Virus record (IMG/VR): IMGVR_UViG_3300007722_000007
Coordinates: 1 to 64,000 of that record
DNA: 64,000 bases
From: a virus
Strand: one strand, 5' to 3'
How positions within the stretch are numbered: the first letter of the stretch is position 1; each line of letters begins with the position of its first letter. Positions 39,458-49,611 of this stretch are shown here, piece after piece. The notes beneath the pieces were generated by a model. It ran no database searches, was not told the DNA's origin, and worked only from the letters and a program-made list of their open reading frames with translations. The translations under genes and the position numbers were made by a program.

Positions 39458-42400
39458 ATGGCCGACGCCGAAAACACAAAATCCCATAACGACGTTCGTC
39501 AAAACCGACGAACACACCGTAAATCAAATTTTCTGACTTCGCAAAAGGGCATCGGTTCGCCAATCGGCGGCCCCCAGAGGGACATGAACCCCGCCACGGC
39601 GCGGAATGCAGATAATGATCTATTCGTCCTAGAGGGAATCCCGACAATTAATAGGGGTCGCGGGGTTATCGATCCGACCCCGACTGGCTCAATGGCTGGT
39701 AGCAAGCGCTCTAAGCGCCGCAAGGCTCGCAAGTTTGTCAACGATCTAATCGGCGACAGCGATGTTACTGATCCAGAATTTGACTCTGCGGATATTGACG
39801 AGGATACCCCGCTATCGCTATTGGATTACGAACAGGATAGTTTGTTCCCAGAAGACGATTTCATCGTACGGCGTTCTGGGGTGCCAGAGATTTTTGAGGA
39901 TGAACCTTGGGATGATTCCGTTGATTACGCTAGCGCCTGGCGGGAATATTTAAGAAATTCCGGCCTGGATGACACGATCGATCCGAATGATTTTGACATA
40001 GACGAATCAGACCTAGCGGCACTGCCATTTTATAAGCCCCAAAGTGACATACTCGGCAGAACGTATCCGGGAACGAGCGTAGCGAAGCCCTCATCGGGTC
40101 CCAAGAAATTTGACGATTACCATAATAAAACGAAATACGCTGGGGATAGATATGTAATCACGCAACAGGCCTTAACGCTGGCTAGACACCGGGATTTAGT
40201 CGCCAAATCACGATGGGACACAATCCACAATGCACACTACGACTGGTGGGCATTTCCGATTGACAGGGGCAGTGGAGGGTATGGAAATAAATATAATATC
40301 GCCGGCAAACCGCTTTCTAGGCTGAAAAGAAATAAACGATTTCTGAACAATGTGGCTGAGGCAATTCATATCCAAGCACTAGCCCTTGGTTGGGATATTG
40401 ACACAGATGACTACATCGCCGATATTGATTGGGATACAGGACAGGACCCATGGCTCGCATACCCAACACGATTTTGGAAAATGACTCGCTCTGCTCAAAT
40501 ACTAGGTCTAGATAAGGAATTTAACTCGCTCTTGTTATTGCAGGCTTCGTTAAGCGAGGGCGGAATCAGATTTGGTAGACGCGAGTACTGGGATAACCCG
40601 GGGCCCCCAGGGGATAGCACGCCGCTCAAAAAACGGAAATATGAATATGGCGACGGAACGGTTTCTGGGTCGATGGCCGGCAATAAAAAAAACACCGACA
40701 GCAATTGGAGAGGCGATTTTTCCGAGCAGTTGGCATCCGGATTTGTTGGCGGTATGGCCGGACTGCGCAAACGCATGAAAAGCGACTCATTAATTGCCAA
40801 TCCACTCCATGAGTATTTTTTACAACGGACCACATCCATGGGTGACAACCCGACCACCGGTCGGCGACCCAGCGACCTAGTGATAAATCCCTATGCTGGG
40901 GAAAACATAATCGGCGCCGCCGAAGCGCGCGATTGGTTTGATTTTGCGATCATGCTAAATGACACGCAATCGTGGGTGCTGGAAAACGCCAACAATGGGG
41001 AGCAAATAAATGATGGTTTATTTTTCCAGAATTCTTTCCCGCGGATGGCTTTGGCAAAACTATTGATGGGCCAGATGGGACGCGACGATTCCGAAATGAA
41101 TACAGTTGCAAATCTGCGACGCGCAGGAAGAAAGATGATGGCGGAAAATAATATAGACGGAGCCGATTTCCCTATTCTTGCTGGAGATATTGCAAACCCG
41201 TTTATTAAGAAAGTTGAATCTACCCCGAACGGCTGGTTAGTTACACGCCATGATGACGCCAGGAAGCTGTGGTTTTGGTTTAGGGACGAAAGGGAACAGG
41301 CGCTGGCGGACCTCGGCCGCGCAATAACTAAAGATAGACAGAAAAACAAATTAGCCGATCCAGCGCAATGGCTAGACGGATCAGGCGTTAAGGCATTTTT
41401 CAAAAATCGAGCGAGCAAGCAATCGCCGATAATCGGCCCGCTAGGCGGCTCGACTCCGAAACGAATGGAACTAAGTAAAATTACTTTACCGCCTGGGCGA
41501 TTTGCTAATAGGGACAAAATTGCAGCTCTGCGGAATAACGGCAATTTCAACAATCATGCCAATCCGGTTGATACTTGGTTAGATAATGTTTCCCGCGGGG
41601 ACGCACTGCTGAGTGGCCGCAGGCCTATCCCGTCGACCCGATGGCCGATGGACGAATTAGAGACCCGCGATTGGTTTGACTATTGGCTGATGCTGTCTGA
41701 CTCATTGCCGGAAATAACCGCACGAGATTTTGAGGTGCTAAGAGAAGCTGGGCCGCATATTAGAACTAGCCCGAATGAATGGCTACCCCAGGATGACGAA
41801 CAGTGGAATGAAAACAAACTGATTAACGAAACCCAACGGCGCCATGACAAGGTTAAATTTGTAATGGCCGAAGCACTCAAATATCTCTCTGCGCTTGCGC
41901 GGCCTGACGAAAATGATAATAACGATGTGGTTTGGGAAGACATGCGCAACGCCGGCCAGTCGATTAATCAACGATGGGGGATTGACGCACAAATAAATGC
42001 CGAAATAAATCTTGCGGAAATGCAAGGCAGGGATTGGCCATTTAGGGAATATGTCGCTCCGGAAAAATTGAACAAAGATGTAATTAAATTTGGGCAACTG
42101 GGTAATTTTGCCACTGCGACACCAGACGGATGGATTGTAAATACAAAACACGCAGATGGAGAAATGAAACCCCGTGCTTGGCGCATTTCTGATTCCGAAA
42201 GAGATTCCCTATACGACATGATCGGGGCCATATTAAATACGGGCGAAGAGAATTCTCCGCTTGGTGTCGATAATGCCACCGGAGACTCCGAATTAGATCT
42301 GGGCATGTTTCTGGAAAACCGAGCACAATTTTTCAAATCCGACGAACCGACTTTTAAATACTCAAATCGATTCGGCGACGATGACGATGCCCCCAGCGCA

Positions 42401-43231
42401 CGTTCTAGAATGTTGTCATATACAGACTCCGACCAGGCAGGCGACTATGTCGATGTTCGCTTACCGCATACAACAAGGCCCACCAGGCCCCACTCCAGGG
42501 AATGGGACACTAGCGACCTAAATGACTATGAGACAATTTTGGCCGATGGCAGGGTAACCCTATATGGTGACGATCAGCCTGACTTCCCAGATCAATATAA
42601 TGCAGGGGCCAACCCAATAACGCTTAGCCAAATCGGGATTAAAAACGGCCGATTGGCTGAAAATCTCAATCAAATTATCGGCCCGATGGATAAAGATGAG
42701 CGTAACGGAAATTTTGATTTTTTGATAATGCTCAATGACACCCTGACGCCAACCGCAGCCAATGCATTGGGCCGTTCGCCAAGCATTTTGATGCAGACCG
42801 TCTATGAAATGATTGGGGCAATGGCCCGCAACTCCGACCAAGTTGCTGGGGATGCGGATTCGCCAGCTGCGATAAATCTTGTCAGAAACACCAATATCGC
42901 ACTCGCGCAAATGATTGGGCTCAATAAGGACGGCGGGATGCGCAGTACCCGCCGCGGCTTCTTGATTCCTAAAAACTATGGGGGAATTAGGGAGTCCAGG
43001 AATTGGCGGATTGACGAAAATGAGCGGACCGCATTGATGGACGAAATAGGAAAGATGCTAAGATCTGATGGGACACTTGATCTGGAAGCTCTGGCCAAAT
43101 TTCTAACATCTCGGAGAAAGCGGTTTTCCCCAAAATCGCGCAGATTTATTAGCCCTGAGGCAATAAAGGAACGCCGCCGACGCTACTTTGACGAACGGTA
43201 TCAGAGGGACAAGAAAAACAATGAACAATAA
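39458..43231 (+). CDS. giant multi-module protein (OGFr/DUF1810-like module plus a triplicated unknown domain)
   Basis: 1257 aa; 33-aa tag, two xSGSM motifs, HYDWWAFP, three WFD..ML.D repeats. Confidence 0.75.
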   Translation: MADAENTKSHNDVRQNRRTHRKSNFLTSQKGIGSPIGGPQRDMNPATARNADNDLFVLEGIPTINRGRGVIDPTPTGSMAGSKRSKRRKARKFVNDLIGDSDVTDPEFDSADIDEDTPLSLLDYEQDSLFPEDDFIVRRSGVPEIFEDEPWDDSVDYASAWREYLRNSGLDDTIDPNDFDIDESDLAALPFYKPQSDILGRTYPGTSVAKPSSGPKKFDDYHNKTKYAGDRYVITQQALTLARHRDLVAKSRWDTIHNAHYDWWAFPIDRGSGGYGNKYNIAGKPLSRLKRNKRFLNNVAEAIHIQALALGWDIDTDDYIADIDWDTGQDPWLAYPTRFWKMTRSAQILGLDKEFNSLLLLQASLSEGGIRFGRREYWDNPGPPGDSTPLKKRKYEYGDGTVSGSMAGNKKNTDSNWRGDFSEQLASGFVGGMAGLRKRMKSDSLIANPLHEYFLQRTTSMGDNPTTGRRPSDLVINPYAGENIIGAAEARDWFDFAIMLNDTQSWVLENANNGEQINDGLFFQNSFPRMALAKLLMGQMGRDDSEMNTVANLRRAGRKMMAENNIDGADFPILAGDIANPFIKKVESTPNGWLVTRHDDARKLWFWFRDEREQALADLGRAITKDRQKNKLADPAQWLDGSGVKAFFKNRASKQSPIIGPLGGSTPKRMELSKITLPPGRFANRDKIAALRNNGNFNNHANPVDTWLDNVSRGDALLSGRRPIPSTRWPMDELETRDWFDYWLMLSDSLPEITARDFEVLREAGPHIRTSPNEWLPQDDEQWNENKLINETQRRHDKVKFVMAEALKYLSALARPDENDNNDVVWEDMRNAGQSINQRWGIDAQINAEINLAEMQGRDWPFREYVAPEKLNKDVIKFGQLGNFATATPDGWIVNTKHADGEMKPRAWRISDSERDSLYDMIGAILNTGEENSPLGVDNATGDSELDLGMFLENRAQFFKSDEPTFKYSNRFGDDDDAPSARSRMLSYTDSDQAGDYVDVRLPHTTRPTRPHSREWDTSDLNDYETILADGRVTLYGDDQPDFPDQYNAGANPITLSQIGIKNGRLAENLNQIIGPMDKDERNGNFDFLIMLNDTLTPTAANALGRSPSILMQTVYEMIGAMARNSDQVAGDADSPAAINLVRNTNIALAQMIGLNKDGGMRSTRRGFLIPKNYGGIRESRNWRIDENERTALMDEIGKMLRSDGTLDLEALAKFLTSRRKRFSPKSRRFISPEAIKERRRRYFDERYQRDKKNNEQ
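39584..39682 (+). repeat. 33-aa shared motif, copy 2
   Basis: MNPATARNADNDLFVLEGIPTINRGRGVIDPTP. Confidence 0.95.
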
Positions 43232-43329
43232 CCGAATAATACCCATCGGCACCCTGTTCCAATTGTCATACGGTATTCCTATGCTAATTTGTTATCGGGT
43301 CTATAATTGGATCACGCAGAGATGCAGTG

Positions 43330-46300
43330 ATGCCATTAACCAGAAAGCTGCTATATAAAATGGGCTTCCCACGATCCTCAATTCCCCTAAACGCCAAGAT
43401 TATTGCATCTAGCGACTCTAAAACCATCTACCAAATGCCGGATGGGTCAAGATTTTTACAAAACGGAATAACTGGCGAATTGAGTGATTTAACCGCATTT
43501 GATACCGACATATTACGCACATCAACAGCGAGTATCGTTGATAATTCAAATATGGACTGGGCCAATAAAAGAATTGTGGATATGGCCGGGAAAAGTCTAG
43601 ATGATTGGTGGAAAACCAAATCCGTCTCCCAGTCTCCCAAGCGACAAAAGCCAAAAACAAAGCCGGAAGAGGAGTATAAATATATCCCAACAACCACCTT
43701 TGAGGCATGGGCTTCAAAATGGAAACCAGGGGACTCGCTTCCGCTGTCCCCGCCAGGCATGTCGCTCAATTTGTGTCAACACTCGGGCGGGGGTTCGCCA
43801 TTAGAGAGTTTCCGTAATCCAACCGTTGACGAAGTACTCAACCGAATGTGGCTTCCCGATGAGAGGTACGTTCGCGTCGCCGAACCGAGACAGGGGTTAT
43901 CGGAAAAAGGGATTTTAGGGGCGGGATTAGGTATGGGCAGAAGAAACCTTCTCGACTTTGATCTGGCTAGGCGAAATTTGCAGACCGGTTTTGGAATTTG
44001 GCGCGATGGTTTGAATAAACTCCGTTGCGGCCCAGGAAGCCCGGCCGCGAATAGGTTTACAAATATTTTTGGTCTCGGATGCGATATCCCCGGCGGCGGC
44101 GACGGCCCCCTAGATAATATTGCTGCGGCCATTCCAAATTTGAATGCGCCGAAACCCAATGCGCCGGGTCCGAAATCACCCAAAACACCCAAGCAAGCCG
44201 TAGAAACAATGCGCGAAATATTAGGGAGAACGGGTAACAGAGTTAGACCATTACGCGTTAGCCGCACGGGAGAAGAGGTATCTGGGTCAATGGGCGCCGA
44301 TGACGGCGACGCGCGGGCAGTCCGAATATTACCCCGTGCGACCATGAGACAACGTATGTTTGACTACGCCGCCCGTCTCGTGCGGCCCGTAAGCCGCGTT
44401 ACGGACCGAAAGAAGGAATGGTTGAAATCGAACCCAGACGGAAGACCGTTTGATGCGAGTATCGCCTTATATCATGAGACTCTAGGAAGACACGGCGGAA
44501 ATCCAAATTTAATGCATGCACCGGTATCAATTTTAAATACGAAAACGGACGTATACGGAGAGGTTGAGCTTTTTGATCCGCGCACCGGAACGTACCGGTT
44601 CATGAATCAACAGGACTTGATTGAGGGATGGGACCCGGATATAGCAAAATGGAGTACGAATAATGCCTCTGACCCAAAAATTGCAAAACAGCTTCGTGAA
44701 AAATTAAGAAATTCAATGTCGCTACAATCTGGCGATCACCCTTTTTCGTTAAGGGAATACGATCAAATTATATCTAATATCGGCACCATTCTCGATGGCT
44801 TTTCTGTCGCAATAGAAAGGACAGCGGGAGAAAATGGCTCCATCCCAGCAATGATGCTCACGGGCGTTTCTATTGGCGACGTACTCGGAGGAGGATGGTC
44901 CGATACGGAGATGCTAAGAGCGCAAGTGCGCGGGATGAAGCCCGTAGAGCGACGGGGCAACGCCGAAAATATGCTCAACCAATTGGGGATACAGACACGA
45001 TGGTCCCAGCGCGACGCAAGCCCATTCCTAACCGCCGATGACCTTGCCGCGATTTGGCCGGCCTTTCAGGCCGATGCGAGAGGCCGACTTGGGGCGGGCG
45101 CCACCGACGACGAAGTGGATATTGGGGCAAGCAAACTTTGGCAAGATCCCGATCAGCGTAAGAAGATTATGGCACGTGCTGACGCGCCAATGGCCGGTCA
45201 GATTGTTATTAACCCAAACGCGCTTACGGACGCTGCCCTTAATCGCTGGCGACTAACCGCGGGCGAACATTATTTGGCGAGCGGACGGCCAAATAACAAT
45301 TCGGATCTTTTGCACTATACGGCCGCCCACGAAATGGAACATCTCGCTGATTTCGCTCGCAAAGTGCAAACTCTGATGGGCATTGACGACACGAAGTGGT
45401 CGGATTGGGTCAGGGGACAACGGCCGATTAATCTAGACGATGCCGCTGATGGCTCAATAATGCGACAGGCGATAGACAGATTGAAAACGCAATGGCGCAG
45501 TATGGCGCCAGCGACAGAGAGAATAAGCGCATTACTTGAATTTTATATGATTTTCATTAGCACCAGTGGTAATAGCCCAAGAAGCGCAGAACAAATAATG
45601 AGGGATAGCGGTGCAACCAAAAAACAAATCGCCGAAATGTTTGAGAGAGTCAATGACGCAATGGAGCGAATCGGCATTATTGGCGAACACGATTGGTGGA
45701 AAAAAATCTATGCCGACGCAATGCCTGGGGATATAAACTCTCCAAATAAATCCACGGGGACACAAAATGCCTCGGGCCACCTCGTGAGCGAAGACGATAT
45801 TGGTATTATGATGGACTTTCTTGGTTCCATCTACGGTCAAAGTAATACTACCGAGATGGTAGCGGAGTTGGGCGCACTGTTATTTCAGGGCGGAAATGGA
45901 ATGAAATTAATTAGGGATTTCGTAAACGGGCCGGAAAATACGGACGGCATATCGATGGCTGAATTTCTTGATGTCATAGAGGCAATTTTTGGTAAAGCTA
46001 GGATGCCGAGTTTGGATGAGGGATTGTCAACGGGCGGATTGACATATAAATCAGCGCTCCCGACTACAAGGCAGACCAAAATACAAACAGCCGGCGGATC
46101 AACTCCATATAATTACACAAATGCGAAAGTATTATATTTTACAAAAGTTACAGATATTGTCTCTAGTAAGGTTCTTGGTCGTGGCCTAACCGGGAATAGA
46201 ATGCGTTCGGGAATCGTCTATGACCCGAACGCCCGAGACGGCGACGGGGACGGCATCCGACAGGATCGCACGCGATGGGAACGTCCGGTTGGCCCTCGTG

Positions 46301-48573
46301 CGCCAGAATTGGTGCATATTGGCGCGTTGAACGAGAACCGAAAAAATAGGCGCAGGCGTGGTGCATCTAAAATCCGAGGAAGACGCGTGAACACTACGCC
46401 AAGTTTCGCATCAGTCGCCTCTCGGCGGAATTATGACAGTGCGCCCACCGGAAGTATGGCACTCGGCCCCGGCAATCCGCTTGCCAGAAGCACCGACAAT
46501 GATTGGCTTGTAGATCTTGACGCATATAAAAGTTTAATGCTTAGAATTGAAGACAATATTGATCAAAAATTCAACGGCAGGCCGCGAACTATCGGCGACG
46601 TACTCGACAAACTTGCCACCGCCAAAGACGGTCTCGGCAAGCGAAATATTAATTTAGATCTCGTCCCGGCGTATTGGTTAATACCCGCAATGAGCGCCAT
46701 GAAATCGGCCCTCGGAGGTCGCTATAGCGGAAACGACACCGTGGTTTCCCCAACCGAGCTCGGAGCGTATTATTCATTGATGCATCACCTAGATCAATAC
46801 CCTGAAGCCTTTCAGGATATTAGTCTAATATTCTCTCCGTCAAGCATGCCCGACGCTCCGTCATTTGACGGACCAGTCGGCGCAACATCGGTTCGCCCGA
46901 CATACGAAACGGCAGCAATGTCCGATGGGTCAAATTTCCGACCAGAATTTCACAGGATGCTGCCGGGCCTGAGGGAGGGGTTACCGTATCCGGATATGGA
47001 AAATTCCCCTGTCGTCTCCGAGTCCGGGGCGGGCGATTTAACCAAATGGGAGTCCACAATTCAGCCGCGACTGAGGCGTGGCGTGAAAACCGTCATTGTT
47101 CAAATACCAAGCACCACATCTGGCCACGGCAAATACCCATCGTTCCAGAACATGAAAGATGGTAACTCGTTTGAAATACAGCTTGATCAAATCGGAGACC
47201 GAAACATCGGCGTTTTCATAGACGAAATGTACAGATTGCTAGAAAATAATAGCGAGGGAGGCCAACTAATAGACAATGTCGGCTCCGTTGTTCTAACGCA
47301 ACTTATCAAAGATGCTGCGGATAAATTTGACAATGCTATGCGTTCCGCAGAATCAAATCCGTCAATGAGGGGACAGATCGTTTCCGCCGCAACCGCACGG
47401 GCGGATGCCGACCTAGATGAAATAGCCCAGGCGGCTTCATTTTTAATTGCGACCCACGAGTTCGGACACGTTCTTGATTCGGTCGGAAACTGGAGACGCT
47501 CCCCGCTGGCAGCAAATCAACACAGTTCTCGTGGGCTAAATACCGTAGGGGAGTTCAGAAGAACAATCACTGAACTTTCGGCGATTGAGGACGGTCTTGA
47601 TTCACCGCTCGCCAAACCATTGTATAATTCCCTAGCGTCGACATTTGTTTTTGAGCATGTCAATGACGCGCTAGCGTCACACTCCGCATTCAAGGAGATG
47701 ACGGGAATCCTCCAACAAATGAGACAGCAATTGGATGAGTTTGGATCCGTGTTGTCCCTCTTTGATTCAATGGCCACGGACGCCAGAAATAACGGCGCTG
47801 ACACCAGTGCCATGTTTGAGAATAGCGGACTTGCTTCTATTATGGGGCAAACGCCGATGGACCTATTGGCAATTTTCAATTTATCCGTGTCATCTCAGGA
47901 GTCGGCGCTAGACCAAATGCGCCTCATGGACAGGGTCATGAGAAGCCAATATGATGTGGCCGCTGAAAGACTGCGTGAACTATATGAAAAAGTTACAGCA
48001 CTAGTGCCGGTATATCATTGGATAAATAAACAGTCATTTGATGTGAATAACATAGGGCGACAAATGACCGACATACGGACCACTAATCCAAATGCGATTG
48101 CTGAATTTATGCAAAATTTTGGTAATGACGTTTACGGAAAATCAGCGTGGTTTGATGATGACGGTCAGTTCAATGAGCGGAAATATATTATATCCGCGTT
48201 AAATAAAATGGCAGATCCTGATAATTATCACCGGATGCTCAGCCGTGTCAATGACGGACTGATCATGCAGGGCAACAACGGTTGGAAAAACCTTGGCGAT
48301 GACGACATAGAGGCACTCGTAAAATTGATCCCGTATCTGTCTACGTATGCAGGGCCCGCATTTTATCCAGACCAAATCGCAAACCCGGAAAATTATCCAG
48401 GATCCAACTCTGAGGCCTATGCTGAAATGCATCTCGCGCAAGTGCTAGCGGCAACTGGCACGCTTGACCATTTTGACGAAATAGAGCGAGCGCGTATTGA
48501 GAAAATATATAAACGCATGATTGATTGGGCGCGGAATTTAATAGAAGACGGGATGGTAGATAGTGGAAATTAA
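43330..48573 (+). CDS. giant protein with two zincin (HExxH) metallopeptidase modules
   Basis: AHEMEH + SIYGQSNTTEMVAE; THEFGH + STYAG...NSEAYAE; start uncertain. Confidence 0.78.
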   Translation: MPLTRKLLYKMGFPRSSIPLNAKIIASSDSKTIYQMPDGSRFLQNGITGELSDLTAFDTDILRTSTASIVDNSNMDWANKRIVDMAGKSLDDWWKTKSVSQSPKRQKPKTKPEEEYKYIPTTTFEAWASKWKPGDSLPLSPPGMSLNLCQHSGGGSPLESFRNPTVDEVLNRMWLPDERYVRVAEPRQGLSEKGILGAGLGMGRRNLLDFDLARRNLQTGFGIWRDGLNKLRCGPGSPAANRFTNIFGLGCDIPGGGDGPLDNIAAAIPNLNAPKPNAPGPKSPKTPKQAVETMREILGRTGNRVRPLRVSRTGEEVSGSMGADDGDARAVRILPRATMRQRMFDYAARLVRPVSRVTDRKKEWLKSNPDGRPFDASIALYHETLGRHGGNPNLMHAPVSILNTKTDVYGEVELFDPRTGTYRFMNQQDLIEGWDPDIAKWSTNNASDPKIAKQLREKLRNSMSLQSGDHPFSLREYDQIISNIGTILDGFSVAIERTAGENGSIPAMMLTGVSIGDVLGGGWSDTEMLRAQVRGMKPVERRGNAENMLNQLGIQTRWSQRDASPFLTADDLAAIWPAFQADARGRLGAGATDDEVDIGASKLWQDPDQRKKIMARADAPMAGQIVINPNALTDAALNRWRLTAGEHYLASGRPNNNSDLLHYTAAHEMEHLADFARKVQTLMGIDDTKWSDWVRGQRPINLDDAADGSIMRQAIDRLKTQWRSMAPATERISALLEFYMIFISTSGNSPRSAEQIMRDSGATKKQIAEMFERVNDAMERIGIIGEHDWWKKIYADAMPGDINSPNKSTGTQNASGHLVSEDDIGIMMDFLGSIYGQSNTTEMVAELGALLFQGGNGMKLIRDFVNGPENTDGISMAEFLDVIEAIFGKARMPSLDEGLSTGGLTYKSALPTTRQTKIQTAGGSTPYNYTNAKVLYFTKVTDIVSSKVLGRGLTGNRMRSGIVYDPNARDGDGDGIRQDRTRWERPVGPRAPELVHIGALNENRKNRRRRGASKIRGRRVNTTPSFASVASRRNYDSAPTGSMALGPGNPLARSTDNDWLVDLDAYKSLMLRIEDNIDQKFNGRPRTIGDVLDKLATAKDGLGKRNINLDLVPAYWLIPAMSAMKSALGGRYSGNDTVVSPTELGAYYSLMHHLDQYPEAFQDISLIFSPSSMPDAPSFDGPVGATSVRPTYETAAMSDGSNFRPEFHRMLPGLREGLPYPDMENSPVVSESGAGDLTKWESTIQPRLRRGVKTVIVQIPSTTSGHGKYPSFQNMKDGNSFEIQLDQIGDRNIGVFIDEMYRLLENNSEGGQLIDNVGSVVLTQLIKDAADKFDNAMRSAESNPSMRGQIVSAATARADADLDEIAQAASFLIATHEFGHVLDSVGNWRRSPLAANQHSSRGLNTVGEFRRTITELSAIEDGLDSPLAKPLYNSLASTFVFEHVNDALASHSAFKEMTGILQQMRQQLDEFGSVLSLFDSMATDARNNGADTSAMFENSGLASIMGQTPMDLLAIFNLSVSSQESALDQMRLMDRVMRSQYDVAAERLRELYEKVTALVPVYHWINKQSFDVNNIGRQMTDIRTTNPNAIAEFMQNFGNDVYGKSAWFDDDGQFNERKYIISALNKMADPDNYHRMLSRVNDGLIMQGNNGWKNLGDDDIEALVKLIPYLSTYAGPAFYPDQIANPENYPGSNSEAYAEMHLAQVLAATGTLDHFDEIERARIEKIYKRMIDWARNLIEDGMVDSGN

Positions 48574-48961
48574 TACAAATAAGACCGAGAAGCAATTTAT
48601 TGAATTGCTGGAACGGATTGCCAAAACGCCCGTTTCGGAATTGGCCGATATGGCCCAACCGGGCGGACCAGTGTCATATAGCCCCACCGGCAATATGGCC
48701 GGGATTGTCGACAACTTTTCGCCAAGTCCACCAAAAATGCAGTGGGCGGGCGATCTGTTTAAGCGGATGATCGGTGACCAGAATTTCCAAAAAATGACTC
48801 CCGCCGTAAAGGCGTGGACTGTGCGAGACTTAATGGAGAAAGTTAACGGATTGGAAGCGAAGACCCGTACGGCACTCGGGTCCCCAATAGACATATCTGA
48901 ATCACTAAAAAATGGCGATTTAGCCCTTGGTGCCGACAAGGCAGCGAAGGATCTGAAATGA
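48563..48961 (+). CDS. hypothetical protein
   Basis: 132 aa, overlaps both neighbours; contains a degenerate PTGNM motif. Confidence 0.6.
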   Translation: MEINTNKTEKQFIELLERIAKTPVSELADMAQPGGPVSYSPTGNMAGIVDNFSPSPPKMQWAGDLFKRMIGDQNFQKMTPAVKAWTVRDLMEKVNGLEAKTRTALGSPIDISESLKNGDLALGADKAAKDLK

Positions 48962-49611
48962 CAAGCGAACAAGGGCCATTGGGCGGATTTATGGCCATTA
49001 ACATACATGAACAGCCGAACGCCGAAGCCAGCAACGGAGTTCTAGATATCCTTGATGCGATGGGGGACTATGTCTCAACCGAGAGCAAGGTCGCTATTGA
49101 CGCCATTCCCCAGGAACGCGTTACCGGTGATGTTCTCCGCGGATACGGACCACGACGAGGGAATTTAGAGAGATTGCTCAGGTACTGGCGACCAATAATG
49201 AAGAAGCCGGGTGGTTTCCGTAGATGCCGGGTGATACTGGCCGACCATCCAGAACTATATCCACTGGATAACATCTGTGCCTGGCTACACCACGAAACAA
49301 CCGGATTATGGCCAAACGAGGGATGCCATCACCCAGGGATGAAAAATTGTCGCAAGAAACTGAAGGGAGCGGTGCGGGGTTCAATTTGGAACGATAGCGA
49401 ATTTGACGACAGGATAAAAAAGATTACATCCCGTTCCGGGCGAAAAAGTGCTCAGGCGGGATTTGCAGGGACGGATGATCCATTTGTCCCGGTTTTGACC
49501 GAAGCCGACTGGGGCCACGCCATTAAGGTCCTTCAAGATTTTTCTGAAATGGAACCAGATTTTGTAAATTACGTTTGTGATGACAATAATTGGGAGCTCG
49601 AGTTTGAGTAA
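48958..49611 (+). CDS. head-module protein with Cys/His motif
   Basis: GNLERLLRYW...GGFRRC...CAWLHHETTGLWP resembles motifs in phage head-associated proteins. Confidence 0.65.
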   Translation: MTSEQGPLGGFMAINIHEQPNAEASNGVLDILDAMGDYVSTESKVAIDAIPQERVTGDVLRGYGPRRGNLERLLRYWRPIMKKPGGFRRCRVILADHPELYPLDNICAWLHHETTGLWPNEGCHHPGMKNCRKKLKGAVRGSIWNDSEFDDRIKKITSRSGRKSAQAGFAGTDDPFVPVLTEADWGHAIKVLQDFSEMEPDFVNYVCDDNNWELEFE

